Assembly: GCA_965223325.1 (NCBI GenBank)
Contig: CBDCWI010000001.1
Location: 1,088,001-1,152,000 of the forward strand
Length of the DNA stretch: 64,000 bases
Source of the DNA: Candidatus Multivoradales bacterium
GTDB lineage: Bacteria; Acidobacteriota; Thermoanaerobaculia; Multivoradales; Multivoraceae
Direction of reading: 5' to 3'
Positions 36,878 through 46,938 of this stretch are shown here, piece after piece; position 1 is the stretch's first letter, and every line of letters begins with the position of its first letter. The notes beneath the pieces were generated by a model. The model had not been told where the DNA came from and did not search any database. It was given only the letters and a program-made list of their open reading frames with translations. Both the position numbers and the translations under genes were made by a program.

Positions 36878-39502
36878 CTACTCGACGACGACGACGACCG
36901 GCGACTCGCTCACATTGACCGTCACCTCACCGCCGACAACCGTGAGGGGGGTGGTGATTGGAGTGACACCGTAGCCTGTGGGTCCAGCGGTCTCCCCACT
37001 CGCCGGGGTCTCGAGGCGAGCCGAACCCGGTGGAACAGACAGCCGATAGCCGCTTGTGACGGTTCCGTCCTCGGTCGGGCTCCAGAGAACGAAGTAGGAC
37101 CGGCCGGCTGCATCTTCCATCTCCATGATGCGAACGTTCGGATTCCCGCTCGCTCTGTTCTGCACGAACGTCGCCTCACGCAAGATTTCGACCATGCTGC
37201 CCACCCGATAGAACGAGGTCTGACCTTCGTAGACGGTACCGAGGAGCCCTGAGGTCGAGAACAGGAACTCGGTTTGCGGACCGTCCTTGATCATGAAGAT
37301 GTAGGCACGGTCGGCACCGCCTGAGAACATCAATAGCAGGTCGCGGATGAGCCAGTCGGCCTGCATCTCTTCGGGGCTGGTGGTGGCGTTGCCAGGGGCT
37401 TCCTGCCAGCTGTCGGGCCGCGTGTCCCAGCCGAACTCACCGATCAGGAAGTTGGCGTCGGGGAAGCGGCTCTTCGTGTCCTGGATCAGCGAGGCGGTCC
37501 ACTGGTCGCGCGTCAGGGGCGTGCGATCCGGTCCCTGGCCCCGGCCAAGAAAATCGAGCCCGGCCCGGTAGTTGCTCTCAGTCGTCGCGGTCACCGAGTT
37601 CCAATACGAGTTGACCACGTAGTCATCGGCGGGCAGAGCCCCGCCGTTGATGCGATCGGCGTGGGCCTTGCTGCGGATCAACTGGTTGCGGTCCCAGCCG
37701 GGCGTGCCGGCCATCGACACGATCATGTTGGGGTCAGCATCCTTGGCGCCGTCATGGCAGGCCACCATCGCGGCGATCTCTTCTTCCGGTGACCAGTCGG
37801 TTTCCTTGCGGATCTCGGTGCCACCGGTCGGCAGCGGGTACACCCGGTCGGCGGCGCCCTGAATCCACCACTTCCAGACCTCGTTGTCGATCTCCAAACG
37901 TTGCACGAGTCCGAGCCCGGTCAGCGGCTGGTTCGAGGATCGCACCGAAACGTTGCCGGGATGCGCCGTTCCATAGCGCGCGGCGAGTTGGTAGCAGGCC
38001 TGGTAGTAGTCGGACCACGACGCCGCCTGGTTGGCATCGAGACCGGTGTTGATGAGCGGCATCAGATCATCGTCGGTCTCCATGAAGTTGAAGTTGCCAT
38101 TGAAGGTCACCATGATCTCGCGCCCATCCGTGGCGTACTGCGCGAGCACTGCATCCAGGTTGCCGGGAAAACCGTCTGCCGGGGCAAACGCAAGGTCCCA
38201 GGGACCAGCGGCGAATTCGCCGATCATGTCCTTGGCGAGGTAGATGCGAACGCTCTCGAAAGGCCGAACGGCAAGCGGCGGTGTATCGACCAGAATGTTG
38301 ACTCCGGTGAACTGACCGAACGTCACTTCGCTCGGGTCGCCCGGATCGCCAGGGTCACCGGGGTCACCGGGGTCGCCCGGTCCGCACTCGTGCTCCGTCA
38401 CGGTCCAGGGCGTCGTGTAGGCAACACCGGCGCCACGCGTCCACAGTACCGGCGTCGGTGAGCCCACGAATTCAATACGCCCGATCGACAGGTCGAAGGC
38501 TCCTGCGCCGGCCGACCACAAGCTGAGATTGGCGAACGAGTCGACAGCACCCGGCGCAAAAGCCGACACGGGAATCTCCACATCGAACCATCCGGAGGTC
38601 TCACCGGGCAAGAACGAGGCGATCGCTACGCCATTGCTGGTATCGCCCTGGATAACGATCTGAAGCCTGCTCCAGTTGGCGCTGGCGTTGTCTCGCAGAG
38701 TCAGCCGGAGCGTGGTGTTAGCGCCTGCCGAGATCGACGGGTTCCAAATGCCATTCGGGTTGTTGCCGATCTTGAGATGATTCCACCCACCATCGCTGGT
38801 CGAGACGGTCAGAAAGTCGCACGGATCGCCGGGATCACCTGGATCACCCGGATCGCCGGGATCACCTGGATCACCTGGATCGCCCGGATCGCCCGGATCG
38901 CCCGGATCGCCCGGATCGCCACCGCCAACCTCGACCACCGAAAAGGATGACTGAAAGGAGGAAGTGCCGGCAAACCACGAAAAGTCCGTCGCGCCACCGG
39001 TGAAGGTCGCCTGGGCAACACCGATGTCGAAAGCTCCCGCGTCACGACTGAACGGAATCGAAATGTTGCTGATGCCATCGAAGGCTCCCCCTGGAAACGC
39101 CGACAGGGGAATCGAAACGAAGAACCAGCCCGTCGTGTCGGAAGGCAAGTGGTCACCAATGGCCACCGAGTCGCCCGACGTCCCTCCCGGCGCCACCGCT
39201 AGCCGCGACCAGTCCGCATTGCCGCCGAAGTCGCGCACCTCGAGCACCAGAACCTGGTGCCCAACCGCCGGCGAAATCGGGGTGGCCCACAGGTTGTTGG
39301 GGTCGTAGCCAATCTTGGCGTGGTTCCACGACCCGTTGCTGGTGCTGATCCTCAGATGCGCCGGATCTTGAGCACTCACCGTACTGGCGCCGGCAAGCAC
39401 AAAGAAAAGCGCCAGAAGAACGGCAAGGGCGACCTGCTGAAAGCCACAGCGCGGGACCGAGAAAGACGAGACAGAACCAGGGGACGCGGACCGGATGGGC
39501 AT
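36878..39502 (-). CDS. Large secreted modular protein: duplicated CBM-like domains, (GDP)n linkers, clan GH-A-like catalytic domain
   Basis: Signal peptide (VSA-Q); duplicated STSxGxWNHxKIGxxPNxxW domain; IDNE and IGEFG as acid/base and nucleophile candidates. Confidence 0.75.
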   Translation of the reverse strand: MPIRSASPGSVSSFSVPRCGFQQVALAVLLALFFVLAGASTVSAQDPAHLRISTSNGSWNHAKIGYDPNNLWATPISPAVGHQVLVLEVRDFGGNADWSRLAVAPGGTSGDSVAIGDHLPSDTTGWFFVSIPLSAFPGGAFDGISNISIPFSRDAGAFDIGVAQATFTGGATDFSWFAGTSSFQSSFSVVEVGGGDPGDPGDPGDPGDPGDPGDPGDPGDPGDPGDPCDFLTVSTSDGGWNHLKIGNNPNGIWNPSISAGANTTLRLTLRDNASANWSRLQIVIQGDTSNGVAIASFLPGETSGWFDVEIPVSAFAPGAVDSFANLSLWSAGAGAFDLSIGRIEFVGSPTPVLWTRGAGVAYTTPWTVTEHECGPGDPGDPGDPGDPGDPSEVTFGQFTGVNILVDTPPLAVRPFESVRIYLAKDMIGEFAAGPWDLAFAPADGFPGNLDAVLAQYATDGREIMVTFNGNFNFMETDDDLMPLINTGLDANQAASWSDYYQACYQLAARYGTAHPGNVSVRSSNQPLTGLGLVQRLEIDNEVWKWWIQGAADRVYPLPTGGTEIRKETDWSPEEEIAAMVACHDGAKDADPNMIVSMAGTPGWDRNQLIRSKAHADRINGGALPADDYVVNSYWNSVTATTESNYRAGLDFLGRGQGPDRTPLTRDQWTASLIQDTKSRFPDANFLIGEFGWDTRPDSWQEAPGNATTSPEEMQADWLIRDLLLMFSGGADRAYIFMIKDGPQTEFLFSTSGLLGTVYEGQTSFYRVGSMVEILREATFVQNRASGNPNVRIMEMEDAAGRSYFVLWSPTEDGTVTSGYRLSVPPGSARLETPASGETAGPTGYGVTPITTPLTVVGGEVTVNVSESPVVVVVE
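38333..38377 (-). repeat. 5 x 9-nt coding repeat (Gly-Asp-Pro)
   Basis: Counted directly; synonymous variation between units. Confidence 0.95.
38822..38920 (-). repeat. 11 x 9-nt coding repeat (Gly-Asp-Pro)
   Basis: Counted directly; ggatcrccn units on the + strand. Confidence 0.95.
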
Positions 39503-39646
39503 GGGGACTCCAGTTTCGTGGACGGCCTGAGGAGACCGTTCGATGAAGAAGAGGGCGCGCAAACGTGCGCCCAAGCAAACTAACGAGACAGCTCACTAGT
39601 CTACCCTGCCAACGCGCCTCCACAAGCACGCAACGAAAGACCCGCG

Positions 39647-39669
39647 CCGGGCCCGGGGTGGGGGCCCGG
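39647..39669 (-). terminator. GC hairpin immediately after the mscS stop
   Basis: CCGGGCCC-7 nt-GGGCCCGG; U tract weak. Confidence 0.35.
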
Positions 39670-39673
39670 GTGT

Positions 39674-40837
39674 CTAGGGGGGCACGTGGGGTACTGCTTC
39701 TGGCACCTCCTTGATGTAGAGATCACGCTTGGCGTAGGGAATCTCGATTTCTGCGACCTCGAAACGCTTGTAGATGGCGACGAGGAGGGCGTCGATCACC
39801 TGGCCGCGCATGACCGGGGCCTCGACCCAGCCGAGCAACTCGAAATCGAGTGAAGACTCGCCGAAGGCCCGCATACGCACTCGGGCTTTGGGGGACTTGC
39901 AGATCCGTTCTTCGTCGGCAGCGATCTCGAGCAGAATCTCGCGTACGCGATCGATGTCCGTGCCGTAGGCCACACCGACAGGCGCTCGTACGCGGTACTT
40001 GGGGTGTGGCCCGCCGCTTTCGTTGACGATCTTGGCCCCTCCCATGACCGAATTGGGAATCGTCACTTCGACGTCGTCACGGGTGAGGAGCCGAGTGCTG
40101 CGGATCCCGATCTCGGTCACTTGTCCGCGCTCGCCGCTGTCGAGGTTGATGAAGTCACCGACGCGATAGGGGTTGTCGGCGAAGATGAAGAGGCCCGCGA
40201 ACAGGTTCGCAAGCGTGTCGCGGGCGGCGAAGCCGATGGCGATTCCCGCGATACCTCCAGCGGTGAGCAGGCCGGTGACATCCTTACCCCAGATCCGCAG
40301 CACGATGAACGCCGCGACCAGGACGATCATGATCTTGCTGAGGTTGTCGAACAGCGGCCCGGTGTCGGAGTGGAAGAGCGGGAAGCGCTCGTGGTTGCGC
40401 ACCATCGCATCGACGACATGCGACGCAATGCGCAAGACAGCCACCAACCAGATCAGCGCCACCACCGTGCTGAGCAGGGCGGCAAGAAATGTCGCCGTGC
40501 CTGCCGTGAGGCCGAAGCGTAGAAGCGCCAGGCGACATCCGATCGCGACCATGGTGGCGTAGATCGGCGGCCCGATGGCGCGCAGGATCGCGTCGTCGAG
40601 CTCAGTCGCTGTGCGCGCAAACAGTCGAGCGACGAACCGGCGCAGTACCATCGACACCAGAGTCGCAAGCACCAGGGAAACGCCGAGGATCACCGCCACC
40701 TGCACAATGGGAGGACTCTCGAGCAGGGAGCTCATGCCGGGCACTGTTTCTGCCAGCCACTCCTCCAGACTGACGGCCAGATCGACCGCTTCTTCTGCCG
40801 TCCTAGCTTCTCCGGCGCCACCCTCTTCGACTTGCAC
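39674..40837 (-). CDS. Small-conductance mechanosensitive channel (MscS family)
   Basis: GIAIGFAARDTLANLFAG, PYRVGD, IGIRST, IPNS, VGVAYGTD. Confidence 0.93.
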   Translation of the reverse strand: MQVEEGGAGEARTAEEAVDLAVSLEEWLAETVPGMSSLLESPPIVQVAVILGVSLVLATLVSMVLRRFVARLFARTATELDDAILRAIGPPIYATMVAIGCRLALLRFGLTAGTATFLAALLSTVVALIWLVAVLRIASHVVDAMVRNHERFPLFHSDTGPLFDNLSKIMIVLVAAFIVLRIWGKDVTGLLTAGGIAGIAIGFAARDTLANLFAGLFIFADNPYRVGDFINLDSGERGQVTEIGIRSTRLLTRDDVEVTIPNSVMGGAKIVNESGGPHPKYRVRAPVGVAYGTDIDRVREILLEIAADEERICKSPKARVRMRAFGESSLDFELLGWVEAPVMRGQVIDALLVAIYKRFEVAEIEIPYAKRDLYIKEVPEAVPHVPP

Positions 40838-41149
40838 AGTCAGTCCTCCTGGGACGCGGAGCCCTCATACCCGGGCTCGAGCCCAACACATTTGCGAATC
40901 GTTGCGGTGGACGAGGCGGTCACTCCGACCATCTCTCTACCGGTCTCAGAGTCAGTTGCTGGCCAAGATAACCCGCCAGAGGCCGGCGTCGCGAACGAGA
41001 CTGATAGAAAAACAGGTTTTCATGGACTTCGAAGATTGGTATAAAGGGCTCTCAGGCCGCATGGCCACCCCTCCCCACCGTGCCGCACCCCTCCCCGGCC
41101 CCTCCCGACCCTCCCCCCAGTTCGCACCCGCCAACTTTCGAGGATTCCC

Positions 41150-41773
41150 ATGCTTCAGACCCCGAACCGAATCCGGACACCCCTTCTCGCCTCCGTCCTG
41201 GCCGTCGCCTTCCTGGCCACACTTGTTCCGGCTCCCGCGGCCGCCTTCGATGTTGCCCTGATGGGTGCCTGGTGGGAAGTTGCCGAAATACCTGCAACGG
41301 CCGGTGGCGTCGCCGGCATCGACGAAAACGGCGGCGACGCCGCAGGGTTTGGCGCCCGCGTATCGTTCAACGTCTCACGGGCCACCATGATCGACATCTC
41401 GGTCTTCTACTTCGAAGAGCTCGAGCAGGACGACCTGGACAACCCGACCAACATTCTCGACAGCGCGAGGGGCGGTACCGAGATCATCCCCATCGACCTC
41501 GGCATGCGCTACGGCAAGGGGCCGTTCAAGCTCGGTGGCGGCATCACCTACTTCAACATCGACGCCCCGCCGGGCAGGGCGATCGACGACGAGATTGGCT
41601 GGTACGCCAAGATCGCCTACGAGTTCGGCAAGGCCGATACCCGCTTCTTCGTCGAAGGCATGTACCGCGAGGTCGACAGCACCATCGATCCTGACACCAA
41701 CGAAACGCGCGATGAGATCGATCTCGATCTCGGAGGAATCCAGGTCAACCTCGGGATCATGTTCACCTGGTAG
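41150..41773 (+). CDS. Small outer-membrane beta-barrel protein
   Basis: Signal peptide (AAA-F), amphipathic strands, C-terminal NLGIMFTW beta-signal. Confidence 0.78.
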   Translation: MLQTPNRIRTPLLASVLAVAFLATLVPAPAAAFDVALMGAWWEVAEIPATAGGVAGIDENGGDAAGFGARVSFNVSRATMIDISVFYFEELEQDDLDNPTNILDSARGGTEIIPIDLGMRYGKGPFKLGGGITYFNIDAPPGRAIDDEIGWYAKIAYEFGKADTRFFVEGMYREVDSTIDPDTNETRDEIDLDLGGIQVNLGIMFTW

Positions 41774-41797
41774 GAACCTCCGACCGCGAGCTCGCGG

Positions 41798-43660
41798 CTA
41801 GACTGCTTCCAGCTCCTCCTGCAGAGCGTACTGCAGGTGGTAGAGCTTCCAGTACGTACCTTCGCGCGCTAGCAGCTCTTCGTGGTTGCCCTCTTCGACG
41901 ATGCGCCCTTGGCGCATCACGTAGATCCGGTCGACGTCTTTGATCGTTGACAGCCGGTGCGCGACGACCAGGCTGGTCTTGCCCTCCATCATCTGGTGGA
42001 GGGCGTCTTGCACCAACGCCTCGGTCTCGGTGTCGATACTCGAGGTCGCCTCGTCGAGCAGCAGAATCTGCGGCCGGCGCGCCAACGCCCGCGCGAACGA
42101 CAGGAGCTGCCGTTCGCCGGTCGAGAAGTTGGCGCCACGCTCGCTGACCGGCTGCCGCCAACCCTGCGGCAGCCGTTCGATCAGGCGGTCCACATGCGTC
42201 GCTTCGATGGCTTCCTGGAGATCACTATCGGCAATCGCCCTGTTCCCGAGCGCCAGGTTGTAGCGCAGGTCGCCATCGAACAGGAAGACATCCTGCAGAA
42301 CAAACGACATCAAGCGCCGCAGTTCTGAGCGCGGCAGCTCGCGAATATCGCGGCCGCCAACCCGGATCTGGCCTTCCTGCAGCTCGTAGAGACGCGCCAG
42401 CAGCTTGAGGGTCGTCGTTTTCCCTGAGCCGGTGTGCCCGACGAACGCAACCCGCTCGCCCGGAGCTACCCGGAACGACACATCGTTGAGGACCGGGTCT
42501 TCGCCGTAGGCGAAGGTCACGTTCTCGAACACTACTTCTCCGGGCCGCTCGTCGCCCGAAGACCGGTAGCGGTTGGTCGCGCCTGTCGCCTGTTCGACCG
42601 GTTCCCGCGGTTCATCGAGCAGCTGGAAGACGCGTTCGGCACTGGCCATCGACGACTGCATCACCGAGTACTTCGCCGACAGATCCATCAACGGCCTGAA
42701 GAAGCGACTCATGAAGTCGATGAAGACGTAGATGGTGCCCAGGGTCACCGCACCCGCGCCCATCAGCTGGGCGCCGTACCAGAAGATCAGCGCCCGCGTC
42801 AGGTTGGTCATCAGGTCCACTGACGAGAAGAGCAGCGCGTCGTACTGAATCGACTGGAACCATGAGTCGCGGTGCGAGGCGTTCAGTTGCTGGAAGTCGC
42901 GCAGGTTGCGCCTCTCGCGCGCAAACAGCTGCACCACCTTCATGCCAGAGATGGTCTCCTGGAGAAACGAATTGAGCGCCGCGATCTTGACCCGCACACT
43001 GCGGAACGCATCGCGCACCTTGTAGCGAAACACCACCGCCGCCACCGCCAGGACCGGCATGAGGGCCATCGCCGCCAGTGCCAGGCGCGGTTCGATTCGA
43101 AAGAGCATCCACGCGAAGAAGACCATCACCACGACATCGGCGATCAACGCCACGATGCCGGCGGAGAACATCTCGGCGAGGTTCTCGAGGTCGTTGGTGA
43201 GCCGGGTGACCAACCGCCCCACCGGGTAACGATCGAAGAACGACATCGGAAGCCGTTGGGTGTGCTCGAACAGTGCCGAGCGAACCGCCTTTGAAGTGCG
43301 TTGCCCAAGAACCACCATTGATAGCTGACGAGTCCCATCGAGCACAATCTGGGCGAGAGCGATACAGACGACGAGCGCGAAGAACCAGCTCAGCGGCTCC
43401 AGGCCGAAGCGCGCCACCAAGAACGGTTCGATCTGCGGCACGTCGGTTGTCGGTTCGCCGGTCGTGAGGTAGTTGAGCGCCGCGCCGATGATGAGCGGCG
43501 GCGCAACCTCGAGCAAGAGCCGCAGCGGAATGAGGACGAGCGACACCGCCGCGAGATGCCAGTTGGGAGCAACGAAGGGCCACAACCGCGCGATCAGGCG
43601 CGCGTCATAGACCTTGCCCAGAGCGGCTTCTTCGTGCTGGTTCGCCATCGAGGCACTCAA
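41798..43660 (-). CDS. ABC exporter half-transporter (MdlB/YheH-like)
   Basis: TMD + NBD: GHTGSGKT, FSTGERQ, LLLDEA, AHRLST. Confidence 0.93.
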   Translation of the reverse strand: MSASMANQHEEAALGKVYDARLIARLWPFVAPNWHLAAVSLVLIPLRLLLEVAPPLIIGAALNYLTTGEPTTDVPQIEPFLVARFGLEPLSWFFALVVCIALAQIVLDGTRQLSMVVLGQRTSKAVRSALFEHTQRLPMSFFDRYPVGRLVTRLTNDLENLAEMFSAGIVALIADVVVMVFFAWMLFRIEPRLALAAMALMPVLAVAAVVFRYKVRDAFRSVRVKIAALNSFLQETISGMKVVQLFARERRNLRDFQQLNASHRDSWFQSIQYDALLFSSVDLMTNLTRALIFWYGAQLMGAGAVTLGTIYVFIDFMSRFFRPLMDLSAKYSVMQSSMASAERVFQLLDEPREPVEQATGATNRYRSSGDERPGEVVFENVTFAYGEDPVLNDVSFRVAPGERVAFVGHTGSGKTTTLKLLARLYELQEGQIRVGGRDIRELPRSELRRLMSFVLQDVFLFDGDLRYNLALGNRAIADSDLQEAIEATHVDRLIERLPQGWRQPVSERGANFSTGERQLLSFARALARRPQILLLDEATSSIDTETEALVQDALHQMMEGKTSLVVAHRLSTIKDVDRIYVMRQGRIVEEGNHEELLAREGTYWKLYHLQYALQEELEAV

Positions 43661-45477
43661 GCCGCACCCTCCCCGAAGGCACCGAACTCGGCCTCCAACT
43701 TCTGACGACGATGGAGGCGCGAGTAGAAACCGCCAAGCTCGACGAGCTCGGTGTGAGTGCCCGACTCGGTGACGCGGCCTTCTTCGAGCACCAGAATCAC
43801 ATCGGCATCGCGCACCGCCGAGATGCGATGCGCAACGATGAAACAGGTGCGGCCACGCTTGGCGCTTCGCAGATCACCGAGAATCGCCTCCTCCGTCTCG
43901 TGATCGACGCTCGATAGCGAGTCATCGAGAATCAGAATCGAAGGGTCGAGCAGCAGCGCACGCGCCAAGGCGACCCGCTGCCGCTGACCGCCGGAAAGCG
44001 TCACACCGCGCTCTCCGACCATGGTCTCGAAGCCGTCGGCAAAATCCTCGATGTCGCCGAGCACGTGGGCGCGGGCGGCAGCGGCACGCACCTCGTCCAT
44101 CGAGGCATCGGGGCGACCGAAGCGAATGTTGTCGGCCACCGAGGTCGAAAACAGGAAGCTGTCCTGCGGCACCATTGCAATACTCGAACGCAGGAGCTCC
44201 ACCGGAACCTGGTTCAAGTCGACGCCGTCGATCGACACCAGTCCATCCTCGACTTCGAGCAGCCGCGGAATAACGCTCACCAAGGTGCTCTTCCCAGCCG
44301 CTACCGGGCCGACGATGCCAACCGTCGAGCCGGGTTCCGCGAGGAGTGAGATCTGGTCGAGGGCGGGGCGCTCGGCGCCCGGGTAGGTAAACGAGAGCCC
44401 GCGAGCTTCGACGCGCCCCAGAACCTTCTCCATCCCGGCAACATCCAAACGATCGCGAATCGAGGGCACAACGTCGAGCACGTCGCCGAGTCGATCGAGC
44501 GCCGCCAACCCCCGCTGCACGATCGAGATCACAAAGCCGAGCATCAGGGTCGGAAAGGTCAACATGCCAATGTAGGTCCAGAAGACCCACAGGTCCTGCG
44601 AACCCAGCTGGCCAGCCTCGACCGCTCGTCCTCCGAAGAGCAGGACCAGGCCCGAGGCCGCGGCAGGCAAGAGACCCACCGAGCTGAAGAGCGCCGTCGA
44701 GATGAAGCCGACGGTCAACATCCGGCGGTAGAGCTCGTGGTTCTGCTCTTCGAAGCGTTTCGTTTCGCCCTCTTCGAGCGAATAGGTGCGCACCACCATG
44801 ACGCCCGAGGCATTCTCCTGGACGGCCGTCGACACCCGACCGAGCTGTTCCTGGCCCGCGAGATTGGCGCGGAACATACGGCGTGAGTACAAGCGCGCGA
44901 TCAGGATGAACACCGGGAACGGCAAGAGCGCCCAGAAGGTCAAGGTGGGAGACAGAGCGAGCATCACACCGATGGCGGCCACGTAGAGCACCGGCGTTTG
45001 GATGATGTTCAAGAGCCCCATCCCCAGAAAGAGGCGTACGCTGTTGATGTCGTTGACCGCCCGCGACATCAGGTCGCCGGTGCGGTTGGCATCGAAGAAC
45101 GACTGCGGCAGGCGCTGCAGATGCGAAAAGTAGTCGTTACGGATCTGGTACTCGATCTGGCGACCAATCCTGAACATGACGATGCGCGAGAACAGTCGGA
45201 AGCCGGCGTAGAGAAGCGACGCCATGACCAGGAGGCGCACGGCACCGAGCACCTGACTCGGGTCGTCCTCGAGCACCGCGACGATCTCCTTGACCGCCAG
45301 CGGAATGAACTGGAACGAAATCGCATAGCCGAGCGTCAAGAGCGCGCCCAGCAGGTAGCGCCAGGGGGCGCGCCGCATGTACCCCAACAGGCGCCGCCAG
45401 GGACCGACTCGCTCTACGAGCACCAGCGGCGGTCTAACCTTCTGTTCGGAGGATGCCGCCTCCATGGGCGTGGTCAT
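43657..45477 (-). CDS. ABC exporter half-transporter (MdlA/YheI-like, degenerate Walker B)
   Basis: GPVAAGKS, LSGGQRQ, ILILDD. Confidence 0.93.
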   Translation of the reverse strand: MTTPMEAASSEQKVRPPLVLVERVGPWRRLLGYMRRAPWRYLLGALLTLGYAISFQFIPLAVKEIVAVLEDDPSQVLGAVRLLVMASLLYAGFRLFSRIVMFRIGRQIEYQIRNDYFSHLQRLPQSFFDANRTGDLMSRAVNDINSVRLFLGMGLLNIIQTPVLYVAAIGVMLALSPTLTFWALLPFPVFILIARLYSRRMFRANLAGQEQLGRVSTAVQENASGVMVVRTYSLEEGETKRFEEQNHELYRRMLTVGFISTALFSSVGLLPAAASGLVLLFGGRAVEAGQLGSQDLWVFWTYIGMLTFPTLMLGFVISIVQRGLAALDRLGDVLDVVPSIRDRLDVAGMEKVLGRVEARGLSFTYPGAERPALDQISLLAEPGSTVGIVGPVAAGKSTLVSVIPRLLEVEDGLVSIDGVDLNQVPVELLRSSIAMVPQDSFLFSTSVADNIRFGRPDASMDEVRAAAARAHVLGDIEDFADGFETMVGERGVTLSGGQRQRVALARALLLDPSILILDDSLSSVDHETEEAILGDLRSAKRGRTCFIVAHRISAVRDADVILVLEEGRVTESGTHTELVELGGFYSRLHRRQKLEAEFGAFGEGAA

Positions 45478-46700
45478 CCGGCAGTCTCGTCGGCCTCGAA
45501 GCGCTCGGTGACCTCGTCGTAGAAGTCGATCATCTGGCGCACGTAGGCCCGCTTCTCGCGGTAGCTGCCCGGAAAGAAACTGCGCTTGAAACCGTGAATG
45601 GAAAGGTTGCGCAGCTCAGACGGGCGGATCTCGAAAGCCCGGCAGGCCTGCAGCACCTCGTCCGTCACCGTGGTGCGCGACACCAGACGGTTGTCGGTAC
45701 ACAGTGACACCGAAACCCGGTCAGACATCATACGACCGAACGGATGATCGGCAACGCTGGTGAGTCCCGGCATCGTCTGCATGTTCGAGGTGATGCACAC
45801 CTCGAGCGTGATGCGCCGGTCGCTTATGTACTCGGCCAGGTGTTCCACATAACGCTCGGCGTCTGGCTGCTCGACTTGTTCGACCGAATAGAGGTGCGTG
45901 CCGTGGCCGATACGGTCGGCGTGCAGTCGGGTGATCGCCTGGAAGATGCTCTCCGGACCGTAGGCCTCGCCGGCGTGCACGGTTTTCTTCATGAAGTGGC
46001 GATGGGCAAACTCGTAGGCCTCGACATGGTCCGACGCGGGGTGGCCGTCTTCGGCGCCAGCGAGGTCGAAGCCAACGACCGGAAGCCCCAGGCGATCCCG
46101 CGCGTCGACCACCGAGCGCGCCAACGACAGTGACGCAACGCCGTAGACCTCGTCTTTCGGCCAGCTCTCGAGAGCCGAGAAAAGATTCGCGTGGTAAGGG
46201 CTGAAGGCTGGGGTAAAGAAGCGCATCGCCGAAGCGATGATGCCGTAGCGAAACGGCGGCTCGCCGTTCTCTTTGACCGCCGGGGATGCTTCGTGTTCGC
46301 GGCGCGCGCGCTCGAGCCCCTTGTCGACCGCGAGCAGAATCTGCGGCACGCCGAGCCCGGGGCGTATGTGCAACTGCGGCGCAAAGCGCACCTCGATATA
46401 GCGCACGCCCTCGGCGAGGTTGTCCCGGGCGAGCTCGTACGCCACCTGCTCGAGCGCCTCCTCGTCGGTCATCACCGCGCAGGTGTAGGCGAATCCGTGG
46501 AGGTACTCGGTGAGGTCGTTGTACTTCTCCTTGAACACCAGCTCGAGAAGCCCTTCCGGGGTCTCGGACGGCAAGTCGACCTTGCGGGCTTTCGCCAGCT
46601 CGATCAAGGTCTCGAGGCGTAGCGAACCGTCGAGGTGGACGTGCAGATCGGTCTTGGGAAGCGCTCGTATGAGGGCTTCCGAGGGAGGTTCAGTGTGCAT
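45474..46700 (-). CDS. add: Adenosine deaminase family protein
   Basis: LPKTDLHVHLDGS, HAGE, RIGHG, CTDN. Confidence 0.88.
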   Translation of the reverse strand: MHTEPPSEALIRALPKTDLHVHLDGSLRLETLIELAKARKVDLPSETPEGLLELVFKEKYNDLTEYLHGFAYTCAVMTDEEALEQVAYELARDNLAEGVRYIEVRFAPQLHIRPGLGVPQILLAVDKGLERARREHEASPAVKENGEPPFRYGIIASAMRFFTPAFSPYHANLFSALESWPKDEVYGVASLSLARSVVDARDRLGLPVVGFDLAGAEDGHPASDHVEAYEFAHRHFMKKTVHAGEAYGPESIFQAITRLHADRIGHGTHLYSVEQVEQPDAERYVEHLAEYISDRRITLEVCITSNMQTMPGLTSVADHPFGRMMSDRVSVSLCTDNRLVSRTTVTDEVLQACRAFEIRPSELRNLSIHGFKRSFFPGSYREKRAYVRQMIDFYDEVTERFEADETAG

Positions 46701-46938
46701 CTGGTGGCGTGAGGCATAGGGCGCGCCGCGTTGTCAGAAGCCTGAGTGAGGGGGGTCTGCGCGCTGCCCGGGTTGATCGGGATACTACAGCTTCGATCGC
46801 CCGCCGGTGCGCCGGCGGTTTGCGCTGCTGGCGGACCTCGGGAACAATGCGGGTTCGATTCCCAGCGATCAACCCGACTCTTCTGGCGGCAGCGCTCGAG
46901 TAACGCCGCCGCCGGGGGCTCAAACGAAGGTCTGCACC

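Noticed and set aside
36860-36900. Short GTCGAGTAG-like tandem repeats at the end of the GH gene
   Set aside because: Partly the poly-Val codons and stop; a trivial local duplication between convergent genes.
38822-38920. Tandem repeats as a possible CRISPR array
   Set aside because: 9-nt in-frame coding units with no spacers and no cas genes.
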